Notes under the pieces: model-generated
Seen by the model: only the letters and a program-made list of their open reading frames with translations
Databases searched by the model: none
Told to the model about the DNA's origin: nothing
Made by a program: the position numbers and the translations under genes
In this document: in pieces, positions 17,518-25,416 of the stretch
How the letters are laid out: every line of letters starts with the position of its first letter
Numbering within the stretch: position 1 is the first letter of the stretch
From: an uncultured Clostridia bacterium
Lineage (GTDB): Bacteria > Bacillota > Clostridia > Christensenellales > Borkfalkiaceae
NCBI GenBank assembly: GCA_945917475.1
Contig: CAMEHL010000001.1
Span: 1 to 55,163 of the forward strand
Length of the DNA stretch: 55,163 nt
Reading direction: 5' to 3'

Positions 17518-18906
17518 TTATCCTTTTATCGGTATGACGAAGACCGCGTCGCCGGGATCGAGTGTCTTCGTGAAGGAGCCTCGATCGAGCGTGACGACGG
17601 AGGACTCGCCTCTGTACCACACGATCGCCCGATCCGCGTCGTTGAACGTCACCGTGAAAGCGTTGACTTCGTCGAGGTTCCCGGGATTGTTGTAGTTCAT
17701 CATATAAAACCCGTCGTAACCGCTTCCGTCGCGGAAGACGCCGACGGATAGATCTTTGCTGCTTGTAAGCGAGGAAATGCGCGGATGACTCTCCATCGGT
17801 CGGCGTACCTGACGGAAAGATGTGCTGATCTTGTTTCCGTTATCCGTCCCGTTGCTCAGCATGATTCCCTGCCAGTCGAAGGAAAGAAGAACGTGATCGA
17901 AAGCGAGAACTTCGCGATTTACCGTACGGCAGTCCTTCCACAATTCGGTCACCGTGCCATCTCGCATGATCATCGCATGCATGTTTTCCGTCTGGATGAC
18001 GGAATCGTACGGCTGCCAGTAGCAGAAATGGTTGATGCCGTCCGCCCCGAACATCAGCGCCGCGTTGGTCATAAATCGCAGATCCTGAATATTCGGCTGT
18101 TTGATAGAAGAGTTGAATCCCATCGAACCGATAAAGGCGAAGAAGGGGACGTCGTATAATTTCGCGTTTTCGGCGTAAAGTTCGTAATCGGCGAGCAAGC
18201 CCGTGTACAGGACGGGTTTCGCCGTGCTTCCCTTCAGAGGATAGTAGTCGACGGACAGCAGATCGGGGGAAACCCGGTCGATAAAATTCTGCAGATAATA
18301 TTCGTAACCCGAGGTCGTTCCGAGGCTTCCCGAAGACGCGTAGGATGGAAACAGGTTTACGAAGAAGTATTTATCCGGAAAGGCTTTGACGTACGTCTTC
18401 TTCAGCGCGCCGATCGCGTCGAAGCGGTCGACGCTCGGTTCATCGTAAACGTGATGCCCTAAAAACGCGGGGTGTTCGTTGTAAGAGGCGGTTATGCGGA
18501 GCAGATCTTCCGCCGTCGTGTTGGGGTCATACGTCTCGGGACGCACGTCGTAATCCATGACAAGCAGGCGAATCCCCGCCGCATCGGCGTAATCCAGAGC
18601 CTTGAAAAAAGCCTCCTGATCTCTGTTTTTTTCTTCATAGACGCATATTCCGACGTTGATGCCGCAATCCGCCATCTCCAGATATCTTTCCTCCGTCTGA
18701 AAATCGTACGTCGGATCGTCGACGGAAGTCGTCTGTCTCGGCGGCGGAGGATTCCATCCGCCGATCCACATGACTCTTTCCGTCTTGTAAGCGGAATAAT
18801 CGGGCATTCCCGAAGGAACGACATATCCGCCGCCCTCTCCTTTATTTTCGCAGGAAGCAAAGAGCAACGTTCCGACGAGCACGAGGGACAATAATCTCTT
18901 TTTCAT
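17518..18906 (-). CDS. Lipoprotein, putative TIM-barrel glycoside-hydrolase-like enzyme; family unassigned
   Basis: Lipobox LLFASC. The alternating pattern ...GINVGICVYEE...GIRLLVMDYD...HHVYDEPS...FFVNLFPSY...LLSVDYYPL suggests a (beta/alpha)8 fold. No family-diagnostic motif recognised. Confidence 0.65.
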   Translation of the reverse strand: MKKRLLSLVLVGTLLFASCENKGEGGGYVVPSGMPDYSAYKTERVMWIGGWNPPPPRQTTSVDDPTYDFQTEERYLEMADCGINVGICVYEEKNRDQEAFFKALDYADAAGIRLLVMDYDVRPETYDPNTTAEDLLRITASYNEHPAFLGHHVYDEPSVDRFDAIGALKKTYVKAFPDKYFFVNLFPSYASSGSLGTTSGYEYYLQNFIDRVSPDLLSVDYYPLKGSTAKPVLYTGLLADYELYAENAKLYDVPFFAFIGSMGFNSSIKQPNIQDLRFMTNAALMFGADGINHFCYWQPYDSVIQTENMHAMIMRDGTVTELWKDCRTVNREVLAFDHVLLSFDWQGIMLSNGTDNGNKISTSFRQVRRPMESHPRISSLTSSKDLSVGVFRDGSGYDGFYMMNYNNPGNLDEVNAFTVTFNDADRAIVWYRGESSVVTLDRGSFTKTLDPGDAVFVIPIKG

Positions 18907-18921
18907 GATTTCCTCCGTCCG

Positions 18922-20301
18922 TTATATCTGTTTCTGCCAACTGCTCCAATCTTTCTGAACCTGTTCGTAATCGTAACGTACGATCTGTTCGGCGGTCTGC
19001 CCTTCCGTCACCATCTGCGTCACCATTTTCGTCTGCCAGAAAGACGCCAGCCCCGAATAAATGAACGGAGAACTGCCCTCGGAGTAGAAAATATTTTTCT
19101 CCGAACGAAGCGCGAGTACCGATCTGCTCCATTCGGTCATGTCGTCCGATACCGCTTTCGAGTAGTCGACTTTAAATGCGCTCGTCGTGTTGGTCGTACG
19201 GAAAAGGTCGAGCAAACCCTCTTCGCTGAAAATAAACGAGACGAACTTCTTTGCAGCGTCCTTATTCTGTGCGGCGGCAGGAATGATCAACCATTCGTCC
19301 ACATGCCCGTAAAGATTATCGGACTCCTTGCTTCCCTCGATCGACGGAGGAGCGATCAACGCCATCTCAAACCCTTCCGGCATATTGCTCGCGATTTCCG
19401 TTTCCAGCCAGGATGCGTTGGGAAGCATCACCGCCTGCCCGGCCGCAAACATCATCTGCGAGTCTGTCAGGTTGAGCCCGATGACGCCCGGCGCACAGTT
19501 TTTCGGCGTGCCGTTTCCTCCGATCAGCGTCAGCAGGGCGTCGACCGCCTTTATTCTCGCTTCAGTGTAATAGACTTCGGGACTTTCCATCTGCTTGAAC
19601 GTGGAAATTTCGGAGATCCCCCCGTAATTAGCCCACCAGGTATTCATGATATAATTCCAATAATATTGAGCGTTCACGCCCGACCAGACGAAGGGATATA
19701 CGTCGTTGCCGCCGTCTGCGTCGTGATTTTCGGGCAGAGCGTTGATTTTATCGACGATATCGAGCATATCGGTCATGGTTTTGGGGAGATCCCAACCGTG
19801 CTCGTCGAAAAAGCCCTTGTTTACCGCGATCCCCGTCATATATTCGGAGAAAGGAATGGCGTAATACTCGTTTTTGAAAAGAAGATTATCGGCGATTTCA
19901 TCGTTGAGCGCTTCTTCCATTGTCATCGAAGAATTAAATTCCGACCGGTATACATCTCCCAACGGCTCGAGCCAGCCTTTGGAGGCAAACAGTCTCCACG
20001 TCATGGGCGAAGTGATGATGTCGGGGGTTATGCCCGTCATGAGGGTGTTTTCCAACGCCATTCCGTAAGCGGGGTCTCCCTCGAGAATCAATTCCACCTT
20101 TTCGTTCGGGTGCGCCGCGTTGTAAAGCGCTTCCCACGATTTCCAGTGCGAATCGAGAAAAGCTCCTTCGTAATATCCCACGTAAATCTGTTCGACGCCG
20201 TTACTTCCCTTGTTTGCGTTTGACCCGCAACCCGCACTCAGCGCAAGGACGGCAGCCAAAGCCGTGGGTAAAAACCTCTTTACCCTGTTCATTCTCTTCA
20301 T
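18922..20301 (-). CDS. ABC transporter extracellular solute-binding lipoprotein (sugar-type)
   Basis: Lipobox LALSAGC. 459 aa. First gene of the transporter operon. Confidence 0.9.
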   Translation of the reverse strand: MKRMNRVKRFLPTALAAVLALSAGCGSNANKGSNGVEQIYVGYYEGAFLDSHWKSWEALYNAAHPNEKVELILEGDPAYGMALENTLMTGITPDIITSPMTWRLFASKGWLEPLGDVYRSEFNSSMTMEEALNDEIADNLLFKNEYYAIPFSEYMTGIAVNKGFFDEHGWDLPKTMTDMLDIVDKINALPENHDADGGNDVYPFVWSGVNAQYYWNYIMNTWWANYGGISEISTFKQMESPEVYYTEARIKAVDALLTLIGGNGTPKNCAPGVIGLNLTDSQMMFAAGQAVMLPNASWLETEIASNMPEGFEMALIAPPSIEGSKESDNLYGHVDEWLIIPAAAQNKDAAKKFVSFIFSEEGLLDLFRTTNTTSAFKVDYSKAVSDDMTEWSRSVLALRSEKNIFYSEGSSPFIYSGLASFWQTKMVTQMVTEGQTAEQIVRYDYEQVQKDWSSWQKQI

Positions 20302-20362
20302 ATTGCCTCCTTCGGCGGCTTTTTATCCGCTCTATCTCTTTTTCTTTTTAAAAATTAACTTG

Positions 20363-20402
20363 GTTAGTTTATTGCGTAGAATAACGTTTGACAAAAACTA
20401 AC
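20363..20402. promoter_or_regulatory. Inverted repeat in the operon leader; candidate ROK-regulator operator
   Basis: GTTAGTTT (20363-20370) and AAACTAAC (20395-20402), a perfect 8-bp inverted repeat immediately downstream of the predicted -10. Confidence 0.35.
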
Positions 20403-20408
20403 ATAATT

Positions 20409-20437
20409 ATAATATCACAGATCAGAGGCGTTGTCAA
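20409..20437 (-). promoter_or_regulatory. Promoter of the high-GC glycan operon
   Basis: On the minus strand: TTGACA (20437-20432), 17-nt spacer, TATTAT (20414-20409) preceded by TGa (extended -10). An A/T-rich UP-like tract with a duplicated TTTTTCCGAAAAA lies upstream. Confidence 0.5.
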
Positions 20438-20473
20438 TATTTTTCCGAAAAATTTTTTTCCGAAAAAAAACAT

Positions 20474-20502
20474 AAAAAAACGCAGATAAAATCTGCGTTT
20501 TT
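20474..20502. terminator. Bidirectional-looking rho-independent terminator after the ROK gene
   Basis: CGCAGAT-aaa-ATCTGCG flanked by an A-run (20474-20480) and a T-run (20498-20502). Confidence 0.65.
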
Positions 20503-20522
20503 GAATATTTTACACAAAGATG

Positions 20523-21674
20523 TCACTGTTTTTTGTTGAGAATTTCCTCAAAAGCGGATAGTCCGACCGAGACCGCTCCGTTGTAAACCTCATCTCTCTT
20601 TCTGAGAAAAGAGACCTCGATTTTCGAGCACGTCGGGCTATGCGAAAACAATCGGTTGAGTTTTCCGGCAACGAACGGTTCCAGACGGACGAACTCACCC
20701 GCAAACATAATGTGAGAGATGTCGAGAAGTTCAGTGACGCTCCATAAAAATCTGCCGAGAACGCCTACGGCTTCATCCAGACAGGACAAAGCCGTTTCAT
20801 CCTTCCGTCCGCAGGCGGCAATGAAATCCTCTTTCGCCTCTTCATAACGGACTTCGGGTTTTCCCGCGCAGCGGCGGTAGCGATCCGCAACGCTTTTCAC
20901 CGAAAGAAGAGTGGAAAAAATCTCGCTCCGGTCGTTCGGAAAGAAATCGGTCGCGGTCATAGGATTCATACCGAACAACCCGAACTCGCCCGCCATTCCG
21001 TGTTCGCCTGCAAAGATATGCTTTTCGCAGACGATTCCGCCTCCGACGCCTTCGTCGATATACAGATAAAGAAAACTGTCGGGAGACGACGCGTCGCACG
21101 TCGCCGCCTGCACTGCCGTGAACATATCGTTTTTCATGATAACGGGCGAACCGATTTTTCCCGAAAGAGTTTCCGAAAAATTCTCCCCGTAAAATTCCGC
21201 AAATTTCCCGGCGAACACGAAACGGTCCGTCTTGCAGTCGTATTTCCCGGCGAATACGAAAACTGTGTGTTTCGGTCGTAACGCAACCTTTTTCATGTCT
21301 TCGACGGCGGCATCCAATATTTCTCTTTTGACGACGTAACCCGTCTGGTACTCTTTCTTGTAAACGACGTTTCCGACGAAGTCGTTGACGGTGACGGTCA
21401 TGACATCACTGTGCGCGAGAATGACCGCAAAATATCCGAACGCGGGATTCGGCGTAATAATTTCTGCCTTTCTTCCCGCGGTGGAAGACGGCAGGCGGTT
21501 ACGCAGAACCAGCCCGGCCTCGGTCATCGCCGAAACGATTTTGAATATCGCGGCGTTGGAAAGCCCCATGATGTTTTCCAGTTCGGCAAAGGTTTTCCCT
21601 CCGCCGCGTATCGCCCGCAACACGGATTTCATGTTTGAAATACGGATATATTCTTGTCTTCTGCCAGGTTTCAT
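20523..21674 (-). CDS. ROK-family transcriptional regulator (NagC/XylR-like)
   Basis: N-terminal winged HTH (RISNMKSVLRAIRGGGKTFAELENIMGLSNAAIFKIVSAMTEAGLV) followed by a ROK sugar-kinase-like fold (GIVCEKHIFAGEHGMAGEFG). Confidence 0.9.
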   Translation of the reverse strand: MKPGRRQEYIRISNMKSVLRAIRGGGKTFAELENIMGLSNAAIFKIVSAMTEAGLVLRNRLPSSTAGRKAEIITPNPAFGYFAVILAHSDVMTVTVNDFVGNVVYKKEYQTGYVVKREILDAAVEDMKKVALRPKHTVFVFAGKYDCKTDRFVFAGKFAEFYGENFSETLSGKIGSPVIMKNDMFTAVQAATCDASSPDSFLYLYIDEGVGGGIVCEKHIFAGEHGMAGEFGLFGMNPMTATDFFPNDRSEIFSTLLSVKSVADRYRRCAGKPEVRYEEAKEDFIAACGRKDETALSCLDEAVGVLGRFLWSVTELLDISHIMFAGEFVRLEPFVAGKLNRLFSHSPTCSKIEVSFLRKRDEVYNGAVSVGLSAFEEILNKKQ

Positions 21675-21716
21675 CTTTTGACCGCCCCCGCCGTTGAAAT
21701 AAAAACACTTTTTTCC

Positions 21717-21746
21717 ATGATATCATAATTCCGGATAAAATGTCAA
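21717..21746 (-). promoter_or_regulatory. Promoter of the ROK gene
   Basis: On the minus strand: TTGACA (21746-21741), 18-nt spacer, TATCAT (21722-21717). Confidence 0.5.
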
Positions 21747-22007
21747 AAAAATCGACGCGTCCCCGGTTTATTTAGAAAAAACTTTCTCTTTCTTTCCCGA
21801 GACGCGGCAGGCAAAATCGGATTCGGACAAAAAGAAACTCCGTTTCACGGACCGTCTTCTTCCCTTAAACCGGGTGCATTGTCAAACTAAGTGCAACACT
21901 TTTTAAGGTTTTCTTCAAAAAGATATTGTGGAGTTTGGCAGTGCAAAACCTTTTTGGGACTGGCGTTAATTAACGCCGGATCAAACTGTAGACAAAAGGA
22001 AGTCGTA

Positions 22008-22037
22008 TTGACGAAGCACCTGCAAATATGGTAAAAT
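22008..22037 (+). promoter_or_regulatory. Orphan strong promoter-like element pointing rightward
   Basis: TTGACG (22008-22013), 18-nt spacer ending in TGg, TAAAAT (22032-22037). The next plus-strand ORF begins about 565 nt downstream. Confidence 0.4.
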
Positions 22038-22185
22038 ATAAACCGTACCCTCTTTGGCGGAGCAAAGAGCAGTATTAAACATTCTTATATCTATTTCTTC
22101 TAAAATTGCCGTTGAAGAAAAGGCTTTATGCTTAATAGAAGCACAACTTAAATATCTGCTTATCCTTTGCAAACTTATTGTGTTT

Positions 22186-22598
22186 TTAGTATAATAACCT
22201 TTCCTTTAAAAAACTGAATTTATCCTTCAATAAAGTAAATTGCCCCAGGTGCAAGATAAACCCAACTTTGTTCTGTTGGAATTTCTCTTTCAAAAACAAA
22301 TCCATATTTTTTCAGTAAGTCTATATAGTTTTACACTCTCTTTTTTTGATGCTGGCACGGCTATTTGTATTGACTTTGCAAGTGATTGATAATTGCTTAT
22401 AAGCGCATACACATTATCGCCATTTTTCGCAGCAAGAACGTGCGCGTCAAACATATCCGTTATTACTTCAACTTGGTCTTTTGATTTGAACAGTTTTGCG
22501 AACGCATTATAAACGTGCGCAACGGGCGTATATTCTTTTGTTCGCGCCGTCCAGAACGCATTATAAGAACCGGTAGTATTCAAGCAATAGGAGTTTAC
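22186..22598 (-). pseudogene. 5'-truncated, frameshifted C-terminal remnant of a GH39-like glycoside hydrolase
   Basis: The frame opens right after a stop at 22599-22601 and has no real start; the track M is a TTG. The fragment YNAFAKLF...VYALISNY...IQIAV, then (after a shift in an A6 run near 22296) ...KVGFILHLGQFTLLK, parallels the C-terminus of the 24046..25374 protein (YSFVAFNELY...GALLITNN...VEING...VISLKPYETILLKF) at low identity. Confidence 0.55.
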
Positions 22599-22600
22599 TT

Positions 22601-23143
22601 ATGAGAGAGTTTCACAATCACGGTTACGGAATAGTTCATTTCAAAACCAAAGAAGACATAAAAAATGACGGTTATGATCCCGAACGTGATCCACGTTTCA
22701 GAAAGATAACCGCCATAGAAAGGCGTGAAATTTTTATAAATTTAGTTAAAATAAGCAACGGCAAACCCATACGGTTAAGCAAAGTTGCCTACTATTTGGG
22801 AGTAACAAAAAGAACAATGCAGGGTTTAGTAAGACAACTTGTTAAAGAAAACATTATTTCCGTTACTCCACGTTTTGGTAAAACGGGAAAGCAAAAGGCT
22901 AATCTCTACACCTATTTAGGCGAAGATAAAGAAGTTTCTCCCGGCTCTCTCACGATTGAAGATATTTTTGACGGCGACAACAAAGCAGGTTTTCGTGACT
23001 GGGATTGGTGGTATTACAAGTTTATTCCCGGTTTATATGAAAAGGATTTTACCAAAGAAACGGCTTACATACAATATATGTGCTTACTGAACGACAAAAA
23101 GCGAATCCAAAAACTCCGAGAAGCGTTTAGGAATAGAAAATAA
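22601..23143 (+). CDS. Winged-helix/HTH DNA-binding protein, mobile-element-like
   Basis: TAGGAG RBS. LSKVAYYLGVTKRTMQGLVRQLVKENIISV is HTH-like. AT-rich and abuts the truncated GH fragment. Confidence 0.65.
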   Translation: MREFHNHGYGIVHFKTKEDIKNDGYDPERDPRFRKITAIERREIFINLVKISNGKPIRLSKVAYYLGVTKRTMQGLVRQLVKENIISVTPRFGKTGKQKANLYTYLGEDKEVSPGSLTIEDIFDGDNKAGFRDWDWWYYKFIPGLYEKDFTKETAYIQYMCLLNDKKRIQKLREAFRNRK

Positions 23144-23167
23144 AAGAGCAAACAACTTGCTCTTTTT
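23142..23167. terminator. Bidirectional terminator between convergent small genes
   Basis: AGAGCAA-acaac-TTGCTCT with flanking A and T runs. Confidence 0.6.
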
Positions 23168-23176
23168 ATTTATATC

Positions 23177-23416
23177 TTATAACTTAAATTTTTCATTCCC
23201 TTTGTCAATTTCAAAAAGTTTTTCATATATTTTATCAAACAATTCTTGCTCGGTAAACGCATCTAAAATATAGGCTCCACCTAAAAAAGACACGTACTTT
23301 AATATATCATGTAATATATCTCTGTTATAATTTCCGCCATCTTCAGTAAACTTTTTTAATGCCTTTAATAAAGCCAACCTGATTGTCTTTGAATTTGCAT
23401 ATCCTCTAAATATCAT
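23177..23416 (-). CDS. Hypothetical protein, possibly the last fragment of a decayed larger gene
   Basis: 79-aa ORF. Immediately upstream in another frame lies ...YPYPILTDPTANYSFNDDYINSFFNMS*, suggesting frame-broken remnants. Confidence 0.35.
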   Translation of the reverse strand: MIFRGYANSKTIRLALLKALKKFTEDGGNYNRDILHDILKYVSFLGGAYILDAFTEQELFDKIYEKLFEIDKGNEKFKL

Positions 23417-23542
23417 TTGAGTTATTATATTAATATCGTTAAAACAAAATCTTGTCAGCTCATATTGAAAAAACTATTGATATAATCGTCATTAAAACTA
23501 TAGTTAGCCGTAGGATCGGTTAAAATAGGATAAGGATATAAT

Positions 23543-23911
23543 TTACTTTTTATATGCATGAATTTTTACCCCCATTGTAGAATATTCTTTATCTTCTATA
23601 ATAAAATCGATTACATTTGTTATCCCATATTGTAATTGAAAAAAACTAATAGTATTTTTTACAACAGTTAAAGAAGAATCAACAGCAGAAACAATATTTA
23701 ATGGCATAGTCTCGTTATTTGTTTCTGATATTTTTTCTATCTCGATATATGCTTTGTCAAATGATTCATTTGGAGTAAATACAACCCGATAGCGATTTTC
23801 TTTTTTATTTATACATATTATTCTTATATTTTTCGCTTTTACAAGTATATCTTTTTCTATAGAATCTGTCCCACCGTCATTTCCTACCGAAGTAGTCTCT
23901 CTTTCTCCCAC
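23543..23911 (-). CDS. Hypothetical protein or gene fragment
   Basis: 122-aa ORF from a GTG. The same frame stays open upstream into the end of the GH gene without any ATG/GTG/TTG, so this may be a 5'-truncated remnant. Confidence 0.35.
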   Translation of the reverse strand: MGERETTSVGNDGGTDSIEKDILVKAKNIRIICINKKENRYRVVFTPNESFDKAYIEIEKISETNNETMPLNIVSAVDSSLTVVKNTISFFQLQYGITNVIDFIIEDKEYSTMGVKIHAYKK

Positions 23912-24045
23912 TCCATGTTTTTTATGCCCTTGATGTTCAATTGCTTCAAATTCTTCACCTTGACCTACAGAACCCTCCGTTTCAGTCGTACTTAGAATAT
24001 CTTCACCTATTTCTTCGGTTTCGGAATTGTACCGATTAAATCGCG

Positions 24046-25374
24046 CTAAAATTTCAATAAAATCGTTTCGTAGGGTTTTAGACTTATAACGCTATCGGCT
24101 TTAACGGGTTGAAAATCTTTTTCTTCGGAAATTATATTCGCCTGCTTTATTTCCTTAATTCCGTTTATTTCGACCGTGTTCGTCTCTTCGCAATTATTCG
24201 TAATAAGTAACGCTCCCGACTTTCCGTTATAAGCGCAAACGGAAAATACGGGTTTTTTATTGTTATCCGAATAAACTTCTTCACCTATCTTGTAAAGTTC
24301 GTTAAACGCCACGAACGAGTAATACGCCTTAAACAACTTTTTCTCTATCGGCAAATCCAAATGCGCGTAAAGAGGGTTGAACAGACCGCAATACACCGAA
24401 TCTATCTTCCCGTCGTAATACATGAGCATATCAAGCGAAGTATCCTGCAATACCAACATATTAGCAAGGATATTAGACGAATCCGCAAGCGTTCCCCTGC
24501 TCATTATCCCGGGATTCCACTCGTTGAGATAGTGTTCCGTTTTCGTATAGCCGAATTTATCGAGAGTTTTCCTGCAAAACTCCGCATACTTGATATTTCT
24601 CTCAACCGCAGAGTAACTGTGCCACGAGAAAAAGTCAAGGGGTGCTTTATGCTTTTCGTCCGAAATATACTTTAAGAAGTTTTCAAAATAATCTATAAAG
24701 TACTGCGTTCTCGAAGAAACCTTCGCCGAAACCTCCGATTTCTCGTTGAAAATCGCATAAAACCCGCAACTCGCATACCCGCCGAATTTAAGCGACGGGA
24801 ATCTTTCTTTTAAGTAACTTGCGGAAACGCGGTATAATTCGTAAAATTGTTCGGGCGTTCCCTTCCACATCTGATTGTCTTCGATTTCCTGAAAATTTTC
24901 CGGTTCGTTCCATATTTCCCAGTATTCGATATTATAGTGAAAGCCGTTTGCCCAACCGTCGTTATAGTGTTTTATAACGTGTTCACAAATTTTCGCCCAC
25001 TTCAAATTGTCTTTCGGCGGATAGATATAATACGGCTTTACGCATTGATAGTTTTCGATAGAAGTGCCGAGCCTGTAAAGGGGTTTTAGATTATACTTTG
25101 CCATTTCGGAAAAAAGCGCGTCCGTCATTGCAAAGTCGTAGGATTTTTCGTCGTTTTCGTCCGCGGTAAAATCGGGAAATATCTTTGGAATATCGACCAT
25201 TTTATCCGCCCCCCTATACACGAAGGTATCGTGCATACGGCATAGCGGCACACCCGCGTCGGATAGTGCCTTATATAAATCGTCGGCATAAAAGGCGGGA
25301 ACGTTGTTTATGCAGTGCATAGGTTTTATTTTGCCTGTTTTTTCGTTTAAGTTTACGTTAACGGAATATTTCAT
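24046..25374 (-). CDS. Clan GH-A TIM-barrel glycoside hydrolase, GH39-like, cytoplasmic
   Basis: The YWEIWNEPEN acid/base motif is typical of GH39/GH5-type enzymes. No signal peptide. 442 aa. Confidence 0.8.
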   Translation of the reverse strand: MKYSVNVNLNEKTGKIKPMHCINNVPAFYADDLYKALSDAGVPLCRMHDTFVYRGADKMVDIPKIFPDFTADENDEKSYDFAMTDALFSEMAKYNLKPLYRLGTSIENYQCVKPYYIYPPKDNLKWAKICEHVIKHYNDGWANGFHYNIEYWEIWNEPENFQEIEDNQMWKGTPEQFYELYRVSASYLKERFPSLKFGGYASCGFYAIFNEKSEVSAKVSSRTQYFIDYFENFLKYISDEKHKAPLDFFSWHSYSAVERNIKYAEFCRKTLDKFGYTKTEHYLNEWNPGIMSRGTLADSSNILANMLVLQDTSLDMLMYYDGKIDSVYCGLFNPLYAHLDLPIEKKLFKAYYSFVAFNELYKIGEEVYSDNNKKPVFSVCAYNGKSGALLITNNCEETNTVEINGIKEIKQANIISEEKDFQPVKADSVISLKPYETILLKF

Positions 25375-25416
25375 TTATTACTCCTTTTATCAATCTTATT
25401 TTTTATCCCGAAAAAT

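Noticed and set aside
21870-21990. Possible IS or transposon terminal repeat (TGTCAAACTAAGTGCAACAC..., AAGGTTTT/AAAACCTT inverted repeat)
   Set aside because: I found no transposase ORF, no matching second end and no target-site duplication anywhere in the window. I cannot match the sequence to a known IS end from memory.
22290-22583. 97-aa ORF as an intact gene
   Set aside because: The start is a TTG three codons... the frame opens only five codons upstream of it, right after an upstream stop, with no RBS. The sequence parallels only the C-terminal part of a GH39-like enzyme and continues in another frame after an A6 run. I treat it as a pseudogene remnant.
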